Assembly (NCBI GenBank): GCA_964270895.1
Contig: OZ185446.1
Source: Podarcis filfolensis
Taxonomy: Eukaryota
DNA length: 64,000 nt
Strand: one strand, 5' to 3'
The position numbers and the translations under genes were made by a program. Shown here piece by piece: positions 51,937-64,000 of the stretch (the first letter of the stretch is position 1; each line of letters opens with the position of its first letter). The notes beneath the pieces were generated by a model. The model saw only the letters and a program-made list of their open reading frames with translations, did not search any database and was not told the origin of the DNA.

Positions 51937-52029
51937 CTGTGCATAATCCCGCTTCAAAAGCAGGCCCTCCTTCTTTAACCTGCTTAACAAATATGGTGTC
52001 CATTGGCTCCAATCTGTTTCGTGGCTTCC
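51937..52029 (-). CDS. ARHGAP21: ARHGAP21 PDZ exon (G)[30 protein letters not shown]
   Basis: cttttag|GG...ACAG|gtaacc, 93 nt. Confidence 0.96.
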
Positions 52030-52659
52030 CTAAAAGAAAATTACAAATACAGTCATTACTAGGGATTGGAAAGATTAATTATACCTCATTCTTCTTTATG
52101 TTAAATAATAGGATTCAAATAATTTTAATTCATCTGACAATCAGAGAATTAGCATCTGCTCTGTTTAAAGCAAGAGAACACGACATGTTTTACAGATGCA
52201 TGGAAAATATTTGAGCCGTCTTTGTAAAAACCATTCATAGAGATAGGGCTTTTTGTTTCTAGCCAGAACTCAGGAGGGTGCCACTGCCATTATAAGAGAG
52301 GGAGGAAGGTGAGTTTGGGCACCTCTTTTTCTAGAAAAATAGCTCTGGGAATAGCTGTAGCACAAGAAACCTTATTTTTCACAACTGTATTGTGTGTACT
52401 ATCTTTCATCGCCATTCATACCTCATCTATTCTAATGGGATCTCGTGACTATACATAGTGAAATCATAATTACAAACATAATAGCCAATATTCCGAAAAC
52501 TGCCAAAACTTTGCAGACTCTTAAGGGAACTGAAATGGAATCAAGAGCCAATTACATTATGATGTTTATATGTAATATTTTTGGCAAAACTAATGTCAAG
52601 AGGTTCAAAATTGTTGCACGTTAAAGCCCACAGGGCCAATGTGGAAAAAGTGTCTATAA

Positions 52660-52735
52660 GACCATAAGAAGAGGCCTGTTGGATCAGGCCAAAGGTCCAT
52701 CTGTTCCAGCATCCTGTTGCTACAGTGGCCACCCA
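52660..52735 (-). mobile_element. CR1 LINE 3' end fragment
   Basis: ataagaagaggcctgttggatcaggccaaaggtccatct...ccagcatcctg. Confidence 0.75.
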
Positions 52736-55700
52736 AAAAACGTTTTGAAAAATACATGGAATTTGGCATAGCTCACTGTCGCCATCTAATGCCACATTTG
52801 TATACTGCACTTTACAACACATTTAAAATGTTTTCTTTGCAGCTGTATAGCTGAGTCCTCTGTCTCAAACTCACTATGCTGCCTTTCCCCCAACTCCTCA
52901 TCTACAACATGGAGATAATGCTACTGGCCTGTCTTTCAGTGCTGTTGCAAATTTTCCTGACACATGAGAAATGCTTTGAACACTATGAAAGTGCTATAGA
53001 AATGGTAAGTATTATTTAATATTACTGAAGTACACCAGGCTGAGTTTATTCATTCGTATTTCCTATGAAAAGGTTAACATTTTCTGATGGAACCTGCTGA
53101 ACAGCAAGCTGAATTCCAAAATTATATCAAATCCTGCTGTTTTATCTTCCTTGCACTTAAAAAAACCACACCAACCAAAACCGCTAAGAAAGAACAATGC
53201 ACAATAGAACAACAGAATGGAATGGCAAGGTAGATCTTTTGAGGTGTTCTATGGGAGAAATAAGAGTAAATAAAAAGCCACAGTATCCATGTAGTCTGGG
53301 GAAGCTGACCCAAGTGAATATGATTTAAGAAAGTAAGAGTCCAGATAGATCAGACTATCCTGCTCTCTACAACAGTCCACCAGTTGCTTCTGGGAAGCTT
53401 AGAAACAGAATGAAGGCCCCGGCATTCAGTGGCAAATGGTCTCTGAGCCTGATATCATGGCTAATCATCATTGTGACTGTGCTATCCTCAGGAATTTGTC
53501 TAATCACTTCAAAAGCCACCTAAGCTAGTCAACACCCATCATAACATGGGCAGTCAATCAAATAACTCAATTATGTCTTGCATGAAGCGCTTTCTCCTAC
53601 CGGTCCTAACTACGTCAATCAATTTCATAAGATGACTCCAAGTTAAAGAATTACGAGCTGGGTTATAAAACTTATTTGTATCCACTTTCTCCACACCCTG
53701 TTCTAAGAAGTGATATACCAGTGGGAAACTATGAAGATCATCTCAGGTGGTGAAATACGCAACTAACAAATATAAGAGTTTAACAACTGCTTGTTAGAAG
53801 GGATTTTCTGTTGTTGTGAATGTCAATGTTTTGTTTCTGGATGTTGTTTTTGAGCACAGGATATGAACAGCAGAACAAGGAACAACAATGTAACTAGAGG
53901 AATTAACTCAAGAGAAGGATCTGGAGAAGTTTAAATATCGGTAATTCAGACTTGTTTATCTACAACCAAGCTTATGCAAGATATGTAGGAGCATCTACAA
54001 AGGTTTGAAATAATGACCTCTTTTCCTAAAGAGCCATGCAATAACGCTCAGTTAATAAGACCGTGTTGGCTTAACATTCTGAAAATTTCCTTTTTCAGTG
54101 GACTTCATTTAAAAAAGATCCACTTTCATTTATAAAGCAAACACATAATTCAAGCAACGGGTAGGGTCCTCCACTACACTTGAGGACAGTAGAGTGGTTA
54201 TGGAGAAGGCAAGCAAGCACCATGGCACACGCAGCTTTGCAACATAAGGGTATGGCCAGGGGGAATAGCTGAGGAGCTGCCACCACTGTCCCCCGTGTCT
54301 GCTGCCTGAGACAAGAAGCTTCACTCTGCACAGGTAGCACCAGCACTGAAAGGAAGTCATTAATGCAACTGAGGCAGCAGAAATCTCCCTGATTAGTTAC
54401 CATTACTGAAAGAGAGGAGCAGCAACAAGAATAACTTTTCTGCCAAATGTTTGATGAAGGAGTATCTGCTCTACTGGGTCTACTGACTTCCAGCAATTGT
54501 TATGTCCTTCAATCTAGAAAGCTGGGGGCCAGTATTTCACAAAGCTTACATCTAACAGCTTAACTGTTATTTATGAAAAAAGAAAGAGGGAGAGAAAACA
54601 GGAGCGCATCCCTGGTCCCAGTCCTTGAATGACACTGATTTGGTACTTTATTCAACAGATCTCTCTCCCTCCCTCCCTCCCTCCCTCCCTCTGTGTGTTT
54701 GTGTGTGTTTGTGTTTGCGTGTGTAATTATAGCTATGAAGTAATAGGGTGGAAAGCATGCAGAAAATGAAAATGATTCCAGACTGTTTAGGAAGACCTCA
54801 ACATGAAAGACTTTTACTGCAAAGGAAGGGAGGCAGTGATGACATTTCTGAAACTCCACATTATGGTATTTGTTTTCAACTAATTGCACACCACCCTGGA
54901 ATCTATTTTGATGCAGGGTGGTTTAGACATTCCATAAAGAAATAAACGAATGTTTGCAGGGTATGGTATATAAACAAGTCAAAAAGCCCCACGTGCATCA
55001 AGTTAAGAGTTATAGCAACCTGTGTCAGTTCCAGATTTGGGGCACTGGAAAACATGTTTGCGGTTGGACCTCTTCCTTGACGTTACTGTTGCCTGTTTGC
55101 TTGTCTTCCTCTCTCTGGAAAAAAAGCCACATAGCTACCCAGAGGGCAGGTACCACAGCTGCTAGGTCATATCGTGCCATACACTAATTTGTTGCAAATG
55201 CAGAACCATCAAGAGGGCTAGAAGAGTGGAAACGGATGCGCCTTCTCACTTTGCTCTTGTCATCGCTTGCAGGTGAATAAGCAGCAATAGCAAGATGGAA
55301 GTGGTCGTCTGGGGGTCCCTGGAAGATCCACAGTGGGCCCCTCAGGTGTGTGTGCCTTCCAATGTGTTCAACCATTCCTAACATTGGGACTCCTTCCCTA
55401 GTGGTATCTTCATAGATACCCCCAAATCTGTCAGGTGAGAAGGCGCCGTATGTGATGCCAGGAGCAACCTCTTTGTTAAATATGTCTATATTGTACTTTT
55501 ATAGTGTTAATTTTTGAAATGGTAATGCCTATCAGTGATATGATGTCTGTCTGTTTGTCTGTCTCTTTCTCTCTTTTCCCCTTCAAGTATTTCTGAGCAG
55601 AATATGCCAGAGGGGAGCAGCTTCTGCCTTTCATATGACATGATACTAGCCCAAGCTCCTACCGTCTGGTATATCTGAAATAAACAGGCATTCAGCCTAT

Positions 55701-57269
55701 GGATTTACTGGAAATATACACTGTTACACCAGCTAAAGATTAATAAGTGGACATAAAAGAAACTTAATCCTAGTCTGGACAGAATAAAAAAAATAGTATG
55801 TACAAGCCTTTCATACAAACTCTAGGGCATCTACAATATTGTATACCCAGGTGCTTCATTGTGCAGGAAAAAAATTGCAATTAGACAGTTAATTTAATGG
55901 TTTGCTCTTCAAGAAAATGGAACAGCTCCAATGTATTCTGTAAAAAAAACCCACAGATTGACTAGAGCAGCAGCAAAGATGAGACTTAGCAGTTCACATG
56001 GCATGAGTAGTGTTCACCAATAGAGGGGAAAAGAGGAAATTGAAATGATGGTAGTTGCTATGGATACCGCCACACAAAAATCAGAAGGCAAATTGGAAGG
56101 AACAAGAGTATCAGAACACTGAGCGATAAGTGCCAAAAATATCTTGCGGGGATTATCTACAGTTAACACACTACTAGGTAAGATGAATCTCTTCTACTTA
56201 AGTGGAAAAACTATGTATTTCTTAGGTTCTCAAAATGATTAAGCCACAGTAACTTGTACACGAACCATTTATCTGTTAAGACTAAAGCAAATGTATAACT
56301 CAGTTCATCATAAATATATGAAATGTATACATCTCTGAGGATTTGAATAGAAGTTTATTTTAACACATTATTATTAGCCTTCATTATGATTAAAATGTGT
56401 GATCTAATGGATCTGGCTTCTTAAGTTTTAGACAAAAACCCCCACAATTGATTTACTCCTTAATGTCATAAAAGAGGATGCTTCATCTAACCTACGCAAC
56501 TTAATACCTAGCTACAAAGTTTACAACAATCCCAGAAAAGCATTTTTAAAATAATGTACTAAAAATTAACGGATAATAATTTGAAATGGAATGAAACCAT
56601 TATCATATACCTTGTACAATTTTGTGATATGTTAAATATTTGAGGAAGGTTTTATTCAGTCATTTTTCTTTTTTTTAAAAAAATATATACAAATATTTGC
56701 TTCCCCATTGACTTAAATGTCATTCAGGGCAAGCGCAGCCCTCAGTTATTCCAGGCACAGCTTGAATTCAGGAGCGCTGCATTTGTACATTACTGCAACA
56801 ACTAAAATGAAATAGATCATCAAAGCCTCTAGCTGTGTTTCCTTACCACATGTGTGCTTTCCCACCAGTCATATTAAATTGTTACTATAGTTGTTCTGAC
56901 ATACATACATTTAAGAAAAGAAAAGAAAAACTGACCCGCCTTAAGCAGCGACTGCTGCTTTGCAGACAGGCAGGAAATTAAATATCAGAACTAATGCCTT
57001 CAAAATACTGATTCCACATTATTAAATTTCTTTCAATAAAACAACTGCCAAGACAGTGACATCAGGACCATCAGATAAAATCTTCCGACTGACGTTAACT
57101 GTAAGAGGTTTCAGATCAACACAGCAGTGAAATTATTACAGGAAAGCAGGTAAAGATTAAAATTATTACAGGAAAGCAATGCTATGTGGACAAAGCCAGT
57201 TTTACAAAATGCCCTAAAATGGCGGCACTAGAGCCAAGGATCTCTTTGTTCAGCATTGTGCCCTTTAGC

Positions 57270-57400
57270 CACAGAGCAGCAGAGGCCAACTTAATAATCC
57301 CTTTTACCTCTGATTCAGGAAAGGTGAGGGAATGTCTAGAATCGATAACTGAATGGATGAGGACCAATAAAAAGAGGAACCCAACACAAATAAGTCTGTA
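57270..57400 (+). mobile_element. L2 RT remnant
   Basis: ECLESITEWMRTNK resembles the L2 CLEAVxxWMRANKLKLN segment. Confidence 0.5.
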
Positions 57401-57419
57401 TTGGAAACAGTGCTTTTAA

Positions 57420-57566
57420 GCCTGGATAGCTCAGCTGGTTAGAGAGTAGTGCCGATGATCACGCCAGGGTTGCAGGTTCAATCCTCGTATGGGAAAGCTG
57501 CATATTTCTGCACTGCAGAGGATTGGAGTAGACGCTCCCCGTGGTCCCTTCCAACTCTGTGATTCT
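57420..57566 (+). mobile_element. tRNA-derived SINE with CR1-like tail (Squam2-type)
   Basis: A box tagctcagctgg, B box ggttcaatcc, tail ggtcccttccaactctgtgattcta. Confidence 0.8.
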
Positions 57567-58369
57567 AATAAAAATAACTTGTCTGTGAATGACGCGGCCT
57601 GGTTTGCTGGGGGCATCAATTATTCGGGACATGGTAAAGAAAAGGACTGCAAAGAGTTTCGAAATGGTATCTCCAGATTGGGGAAATGGGCAGCAAAATG
57701 GCTGACGCAGTCCCCCCCCCCCCGTAAAAATTATGCATGGAGAAAGTGAATAGAAGAGGATCCCTGTTCAACCTTAAGAAGCAGCTGAAGTCGAGACGCA
57801 ACGGGGAGAGCCCCCCCTCCCCCAACTTCGGTTCCCACAAATCAGCGCCCCTCCTGCTTCTTCTTCCTCCTCCTCCTATTCCTGGATCAGGAGCTGCAAA
57901 CCCGAGCCTGATCCTGATAATGCTGCGGGGCTCATGGCACAGTGGCCGTATGCTACTTCCTCAATCAATGAGCAGCCTGCCTCTAAAATACCAGTCACTG
58001 GGGAGCAACAGCAGGTAAGGGCTGTTGTGCCTGTAACCTGCTTATGGACTTTCCCTAAGTCTGTCATGGGCCGTTGTGGGAAACACAATACTAGACTAGA
58101 TCAGCTCTTGGACTGACACATGTTATGCTCATGTTAAGGCTGATGGTGGACATGCACACACTTGGGAGCCAACTGGTACATCTCCAGAGAAGCTGAATCT
58201 TCTATGCCAACAGCTTCATCAATTTAAACATTAAATTGAAGAGTATGCAGTCAGACCGTTTTCACAATATATTCATATCCCACTCCCAGGAAAGTCAAGC
58301 CCTACACATGGGAGGAGGAGGAGGGGTAAGGAGAGAAGGTTACTTATGCAATCTCTGTATCTCCCTAGT

Positions 58370-58717
58370 AAAGGTAAAGGGACCCCTGACCGTTAGGTCC
58401 AGTTGCGGACGATTCTGGGGTTGCGGCACTCATCGCTTTATTGGCCGAGGGAGCTGGCATACAGCTTCCAGGTCATTTGGCCAGCATGACTAAACCGCTT
58501 CTGGTGAACCAGAGTAGCGCACGGAAACGCCGTTTACCTTCCCACCGGAGCGGTACCTATTTATCTACCTGCACTTTGACGTGCTTTCGAACTGCTAGGT
58601 TGGCAGGAGCAGGGACCAAGCAATGGGAGCTCACTCCGTCACGGGGATTCGAACCGCCGACCTTCTGATCGGCAAGTCCTAGGCTCTGTGGTTTAACCCA
58701 CAGCGCCACCCATGTCT
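58370..58717 (-). mobile_element. Full-length Sauria SINE, more diverged copy
   Basis: Same body as the 20478 and 34630 copies. Possible short TSD ctagta. Confidence 0.93.
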
Positions 58718-58904
58718 CTAGTACGTTAGGGTAATTATCTGCACCCGAGTGGCTGGCTGCAATGTGTCAAAGCATTGTTAGGGTCAAACTATGTGCTTAC
58801 AATAAGCAGCTCTCTTTCTTTCAGAAGCAGAGACTGTAGTAGGGTCTCTGATCTGAATCCGATGGCATTTTCCCACTGAAAATCAGCTGTCAAATCTGCT
58901 CTTT

Positions 58905-59230
58905 ATTATTTGTTCGTTCAATTCACATCCTGCCCTTCCTCCCAAAGGAGCCCAGGACGGCCAGCACAGGAATAATTTTTTTAAGCATTCTAAAACAGTT
59001 AAAACGCAATCTAAAAACAGTTAAAACATTGTTAAAACAAAGTTCTCAGGATTGCTCGGAACAGTGTTCTTCAGCCATCAAATGCCTGCATAAACAGGAA
59101 GGTTTCTAAATTTCTCTTAAAGTCAAGAATAAGGAATACAGACAGACCTCACCACAGAGGGCATTCTACAAATGGGGAACTGCCACTGAAAGGGCCCTGC
59201 CATGTGTCAAAACCAACAACACAGCCCTCA
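58905..59230 (-). mobile_element. L2 LINE 3' end fragment
   Basis: atcctgcccttcctcccaaaggagcccagg...gggcattctacaaatggggaactgccactgaaagggccc is a typical reverse L2 3' region. Confidence 0.65.
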
Positions 59231-60064
59231 GTGGGCGATTTGATGCAACAAACAGCACTTTGGAGACAAATTAGGAGTACATTTTATGTGGGGAAAATTG
59301 TAACAGAGCTTCCTCTGGTTGTTGATTGTAAGCATGCACTTTTAAGTGTGTGCTTCTCAAAACCTGTAGTTTGACCTTTGGACAAATGAATAACTTGCCA
59401 AAATGGAAAGGAGAAAGTATATATTCAATACTTACTTTGATCAGCTGACTGACTCCCATTGGAATAATGTAAAGATCAGATTTAAGGAACCCATTTAACT
59501 TAAGTCCCACAGATTTCAATGGGAACGAAAAGCAGCTAGCTTGCTCCAGATCCAACCCAGTATAGCTCCAGTCATTGTCAAAAGCGCTGTACAGCCTCAA
59601 CTTTTATTAAATAATTTAATATTTCAGCTTAGATTTGCATTAAAGAGGTTGGCACTAGATGGCTCCTTTGCATATAATTTAAACAGAACCATAGCAGCAG
59701 TTTCACAGATAAGAAAGCTCTGCGATCCTATCCACTATTATTCACACTAACTCTATCCCACACCTATAATGTATAAAAGGCACTGCAGGAATAAATGCAA
59801 ATTAGTTTGATATGTGAATTGCTTGCCCTCTTAGCTAAGCTATTCAAGAATGACACACACTGATCATTAGCACCCGGCTAGCTACTTCCGCAACACAAAA
59901 TAGCTATTTATGGTGCTCAGAGAAAAGGCCTTTTCTACTTTCTGAGCTACGCCAATCTGTTCTTCCACCTTAAAAGGGTTTCTTGAGATGTCCATGCTTC
60001 TATAATTGACAACTCCAAAATGAAGGATAGTATTTATTTTGTGTTAATATAGAAATAATAAATA

Positions 60065-60277
60065 CAGGGGTACCTCCGGTTGTGCACGGGATCCTTTCCG
60101 GAGCTCCAGTGGGATCCTGAGGTGTGCGTATCCGGAGGTGCCGCTTCTGAGAATGTGCACGGCGTGGTTTAGCGCTTCTGCGCATGCAGCAAAACCCAGA
60201 AAAATACTTCAGGGTTTGCCGCGCACGTATCCCGTAGGATATGTAACCGGAGGTGAACGTAAGTAAAGGTACCACTG
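60065..60277. mobile_element. Tigger-like MITE, 213 bp
   Basis: Termini caggggtacct / aggtaccactg, flanked by TA. Confidence 0.8.
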
Positions 60278-60789
60278 TACTATCCTTATTTTAGGAGTTG
60301 TCAATTGTCTTAATATAGAAATAGGTGATCTACATATACTGGATATAAAGTATTCTATACAACAGCATTTATATACTGTGGTATCATAAAATTTAAAGAC
60401 AGTGAACACTGGTAAAACAAAACATTTAAAAATGAATAAGCTTTTTTAATTTTTTTTTTTTTTAAGAATAAAGAGCTGCAAAGGCCAGACAGCACAAAAA
60501 CGTATTTAGGACATGGGTCACAACCCCAAAAGTTATCACTGCCGTGTATTCAGGGGAAACTGTATGTAGCTGGGCATTTGTCCCCTGCTTCTCCCACAGC
60601 ATATCCTGCTGCTCTAAAGACATGCTACTCTTCGGTTTAAACTGTCTGGCACTGGAAATGGCTGCAACAGAAATATTAATCAAAGTATATGGCTGTCTCC
60701 TGGGAATTCATATTGCTTCTTTGGAAAAAGCTGTGTTGTTTTTTTAAAAAAATTGATTGGATTCAGACTTAGTCAAGCCTGGAATAGAC

Positions 60790-60970
60790 CAGGGATGTTA
60801 TTTCCCCTTTAAAAAAGCTCAACACCTCTCCTCCCCCCCCAAAAAACTCAACAACTCTGCTCTCCCCCAAAAAAGCTCTAACAATCTTCAATGACAACGG
60901 GTAGATCACTGCCAGGTTGTTTTTTTATACTGGGTGTAGATCGCAGTCTCTTGGGAGTTGGACGTGCCTG
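60790..60970. mobile_element. Probable hAT MITE with internal ~35-bp repeats
   Basis: Termini caggga/tgcctg. TSD-like gaatagac/gactagac (7/8). Confidence 0.5.
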
Positions 60971-60999
60971 GACTAGACCATAAAAATCATGGCAAACTT

Positions 61000-62080
61000 T
61001 TATTCCGATGGGTCTACTGTAGGTGTGACTAAATCTGGATCCAACACAATGTAATCAAACAAACACTACTTTTATTGACCTTCACTTAATTCCCTAAGTC
61101 TACACATCCCAAATCACAAGATTCTTTGGCCCATTCAATGTTCGTCCACCTAGCTTCCATAAGAGTTAATGTCGTCTTTGTGGCTGGGCATGGATTTCCA
61201 CTTTATACTTCTAATTCTCGCGTTCCTTTGTTCCGCTTTCTCATTTTAAAGGTAATTCCACCAATAGTTGAAATGTGACTCATCCTAACATTTATTTCCT
61301 CCACTCTCGTCTGGCTGAATTATTCTTAATCCCCTGAGTACACAGGTTTCCTTCACATTCACCTGCCAATATTTCCATGCTCTTATGCACCTCAGAGTCC
61401 ACCAAGGTAATACCAGCATATGAAAGTTAAATATTCCCAACTCCTACAAACGTATGGACAAAGCTAAAATGTTGCTATTATTTTTTCCAAACTCCTAATA
61501 TCCAGGGTCTTTATAGGACAATGGGATTTCGGCCAGGTAACAAGAGCGCAGTATGCATTTCACAAAGGTTCCCCCCCCCCGCCACAACTCTCTATCTCCC
61601 ACATTACCTCCTATTTTTCTTACCCCAGGCCATCCAATCTTGCCTAATGACGTTCTAAAGGTTGTTATTTTATGGTTTTAAATACAAATCTCCACAACTC
61701 ATAATTCTTGCAATCAGCCCGAGGCTAGCAATATGACAACATATTTTTTTCTCAGCACTGACTCTAATCCAACGCAAAGAACTCCCCTCGCTCTCCAAGG
61801 AATGCTGCCATAGTGCCAGGGAACCTAGGAAATTTAATTTTCCCTGAAGACCCATGTAGGGATCTCAAGCATTATTCAGAGAAAGGTTATGCCAAATCCT
61901 ACTTTCACACACCATTTTATGGTTGGCATATAAATAAATTAGCATTATCCAGGAAGATATTTGAAAGCCACCTCATTTAACTCTTTTCAACAGGAACGTA
62001 ATTGTCCCTAAGATTATATGACCTTTGAGGAGAATCAGCTTGTTCATTCATGAAGCGATTTTTCCCCTTTTAATTTTTTT
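61000..62080 (-). mobile_element. Heavily degraded L1-like LINE ORF2 C-terminal fragment
   Basis: Faint minus-strand resemblance to L1 post-RT motifs (ERGxxxLxD-xxYxIASL; FHM...WWT) with many stops. Ends approximate. Confidence 0.4.
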
Positions 62081-62387
62081 TTTAGTTTAAGGGGTTTGGG
62101 GGATGTTACATGCCAGGGTGTAGATAGAAAGTCGTACCTTGTCTGTGCTACAATTTTTGTACCTGCTGATAGGTAAAGAACCACTAAATTCAGTGGTAGA
62201 TGTAGTTATATTTTACAATATACTTGTTTACATATTCATATAATTCTGCCTTCCTGTGCAACTGGCATGGAAAAGCGAATCTACAAATTTCATATAAAAT
62301 ACATCACTAAATTAGTACACCCAATATTTAAGACACATTTGGTAAAATATTCATTAAATTAAGAACAGACTTGTTTCATTGGTTATA

Positions 62388-62638
62388 CAGTCGTAACCTC
62401 GGCTCCCAAATGCCTTGGGAGTTGAACGTTCCTGCTCCTGAATGATCGAAAACCGGAAGTGAGTGTTCTGGTTTCCGAACTTCTTTTGGAAGCCGAACAT
62501 CCGACGCAACTTCCGGTATTGTTTCCGGTGCACCCGCGCAATCGGAAACCAATCGGAAGCCGCGCCTTGGTTTCTGAACATTTTGGAAGTTGAACCGACG
62601 TCCAGAATGGATTCTGTTCAACTTCCGAGGTACAACTG
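62388..62638. mobile_element. Tigger-like MITE, 251 bp
   Basis: TIRs cagtcgtaacctcgg / ccgaggtacaactg, flanked by TA. Internal sequence related to the 48995 copy. Confidence 0.88.
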
Positions 62639-62702
62639 TATCAGGAATTATGGATTTTAGACTATTTGATTACAGCATACAAGAATCAAAGAGAAAACGT
62701 AC

Positions 62703-62727
62703 CCGTTTTATTTCCATTCTCTTCATC
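62703..62727 (-). CDS. ARHGAP21: ARHGAP21 25-nt microexon DEENGNKT(G), the most 5' exon in the window
   Basis: ccttttgcag|GAT GAA GAG AAT GGA AAT AAA ACG G|gtacgt. Matches mammalian DEENGNRG. Confidence 0.92.
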
Positions 62728-63369
62728 CTGCAAAAGGAAATCATAAAAATTAAAAGTCCTTGTATTGAAGCAGAAGGAGCTCTTCAAAACATTCGCATCC
62801 AGGCTTTTCAAAACTATTTATTTCAGAACTGTTCTACAGCTGCTAAGGGAGCACCTAATTGGCCGAATTTTGAAAAACCAGACAAGCCTTCCAAATAAGT
62901 AGCCATCAAATTAATGTTTAATAATGAGACAACTAGCAGATAAAAGTAAGTTAAGAGAAAGCTATTCTAAATATAGCTTTTTATTGCAGTCCTTCATGCT
63001 GAAGTTCTCTATTTGTAGAAATGTTAAGAAGGAGCAAAGGAAGCTGCTTCATAATCATTAGTCAGAACCTCATTAGTCAGAACCTTGGTCCATTTAGTTC
63101 CAAAGACTTTGCCAGCCTCATGTTGAGACACCAGAAATTAAACCTGTGACCTTTGGCATGTGAAGTTTACGCTCCACAACAGGTTTTCCTCCATTCACAT
63201 TTTCTACCATTGCTATCAGTTTACTTAGTACTTTCAAACGGGTGCTTAACTGCATGGTGTTCTGCATAATGGTTGCATGAATCTGCTTGTCATTTGGGAG
63301 GTTTGGTATACTATTTTAAAGTATGTGAACTACTATTCAGCAAACCATAAACTACCAAAGCGACTCACA

Positions 63370-63900
63370 GAAGGCTCAAGCTGCCTCAGTAGCTAGGAGT
63401 GTCTTTTTCCAGCTCTGACTGGTTCGCCAGTTGCAGCCCCTTTTGGACAGAGATGATCTGGCCTCTATAATCCATGCTGTGGTAACTTCCAGCTTGGATT
63501 ACTGAAATGCGCTTGATGGGGCTACCCTTGAAGATGACTCAGAAACATCAACTGGTCCAAAATGCAGTTACAAGATTACTGGCTGAGGTTCCCATAATAA
63601 ACACCCCCTGGTTACCAGTTCATTTCTGAGCCTAATCTGAGGTGCTCATGCTAGTGCTTAAAGCCCTAAAGGGTTTATGTCCCAAATGTCTAAAAGACCA
63701 CCTCCTTACCTACAGACCCTCTTGGGTGTTAAGATCTGCAGAGCTCTTGGTAGTTCCACCACCCTCAAGAGGTTTGAGAGGAGATGTATTCTCTGTGGCA
63801 GTCCCTATGTTGTGGAATTCTGTCCCCACAGAGATGTGCCAGGCACATTCATTGTACAGCTTTTGTCATATGCTGAAGACGCACCTTTTTACCTTGTTCT
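63370..63900 (+). mobile_element. L2 LINE ORF2 3' fragment
   Basis: VARSVFFQL*LVRQL...IHAVVTSSLDY*NA...LVQNAVTRLL and VLKALKGLCPKCLKDHL are classic L2 C-terminal motifs, disrupted. Confidence 0.85.
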
Positions 63901-64000
63901 TACTTAACATAAATATTTTTAGGACCCATCGTAACTGTAATTTGCTTTAATGCTGTATTTTTGCTATAACCCACACCCCACCCGGAACCTTCTGGTGAAG

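Noticed and set aside
54095-54496. 133-aa Cys-rich minus-strand ORF
   Set aside because: Non-ATG start, no credible splice sites in phase with the gene, and no recognisable domain.
57130-57178. Short direct duplications (19-mer here; others at 8595-8628, 27599-27639 and 63056-63085) that might suggest repeat arrays
   Set aside because: Two-copy slippage duplications without spacers or regular period. They are not CRISPR-like and such duplications are common in vertebrate introns.
57420-57500. tRNA-like sequence with A and B boxes
   Set aside because: It runs into a CR1-like tail and lacks a proper acceptor stem, so it is a SINE head and not a tRNA gene.
63642-63950. 102-aa ORF resembling a protein
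   Set aside because: A remnant of L2 ORF2, with stops and frameshifts upstream.

Overview
Vertebrate genomic DNA. The Sauria SINEs, a Bov-B fragment and Squam-type SINEs point to a squamate, probably a lacertid lizard (inference). Two genes converge tail-to-tail. On the + strand are the last three coding exons and 3'UTR of KIAA1217 (SKT/sickle tail), 219-~4835. On the - strand is most of ARHGAP21: 23 coding exons from mid-PDZ through PH, Arf-binding and RhoGAP domains to the stop codon (62727 to 10652), with polyA near 9760. I delimited every exon by hand from AG/GT signals, and the reading phases join up across all junctions; several exons are too short for the ORF track. The rest is intron or intergenic DNA with L2, CR1, L1-like and Bov-B LINE remnants, SINEs, TA-flanked Tc1/mariner MITEs, hAT MITEs with 8-bp TSDs, microsatellites and one 135-N gap. 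There are no rRNA, true tRNA or CRISPR features. The most interesting candidates are unannotated-looking ARHGAP21 isoform modules: (i) an 89-nt intronic exon (28889-28977) with its own ATG that is in phase with the next exon and would give a PDZ-less isoform, and (ii) in the intron just after the GAP domain, a stop-carrying 23/15-nt microexon beside an RBFOX motif cluster, followed by a Cys-rich ORF in the same frame. A Bov-B 3' fragment is also nested in the tail of a Sauria SINE. None of these has been checked against databases or expression data.
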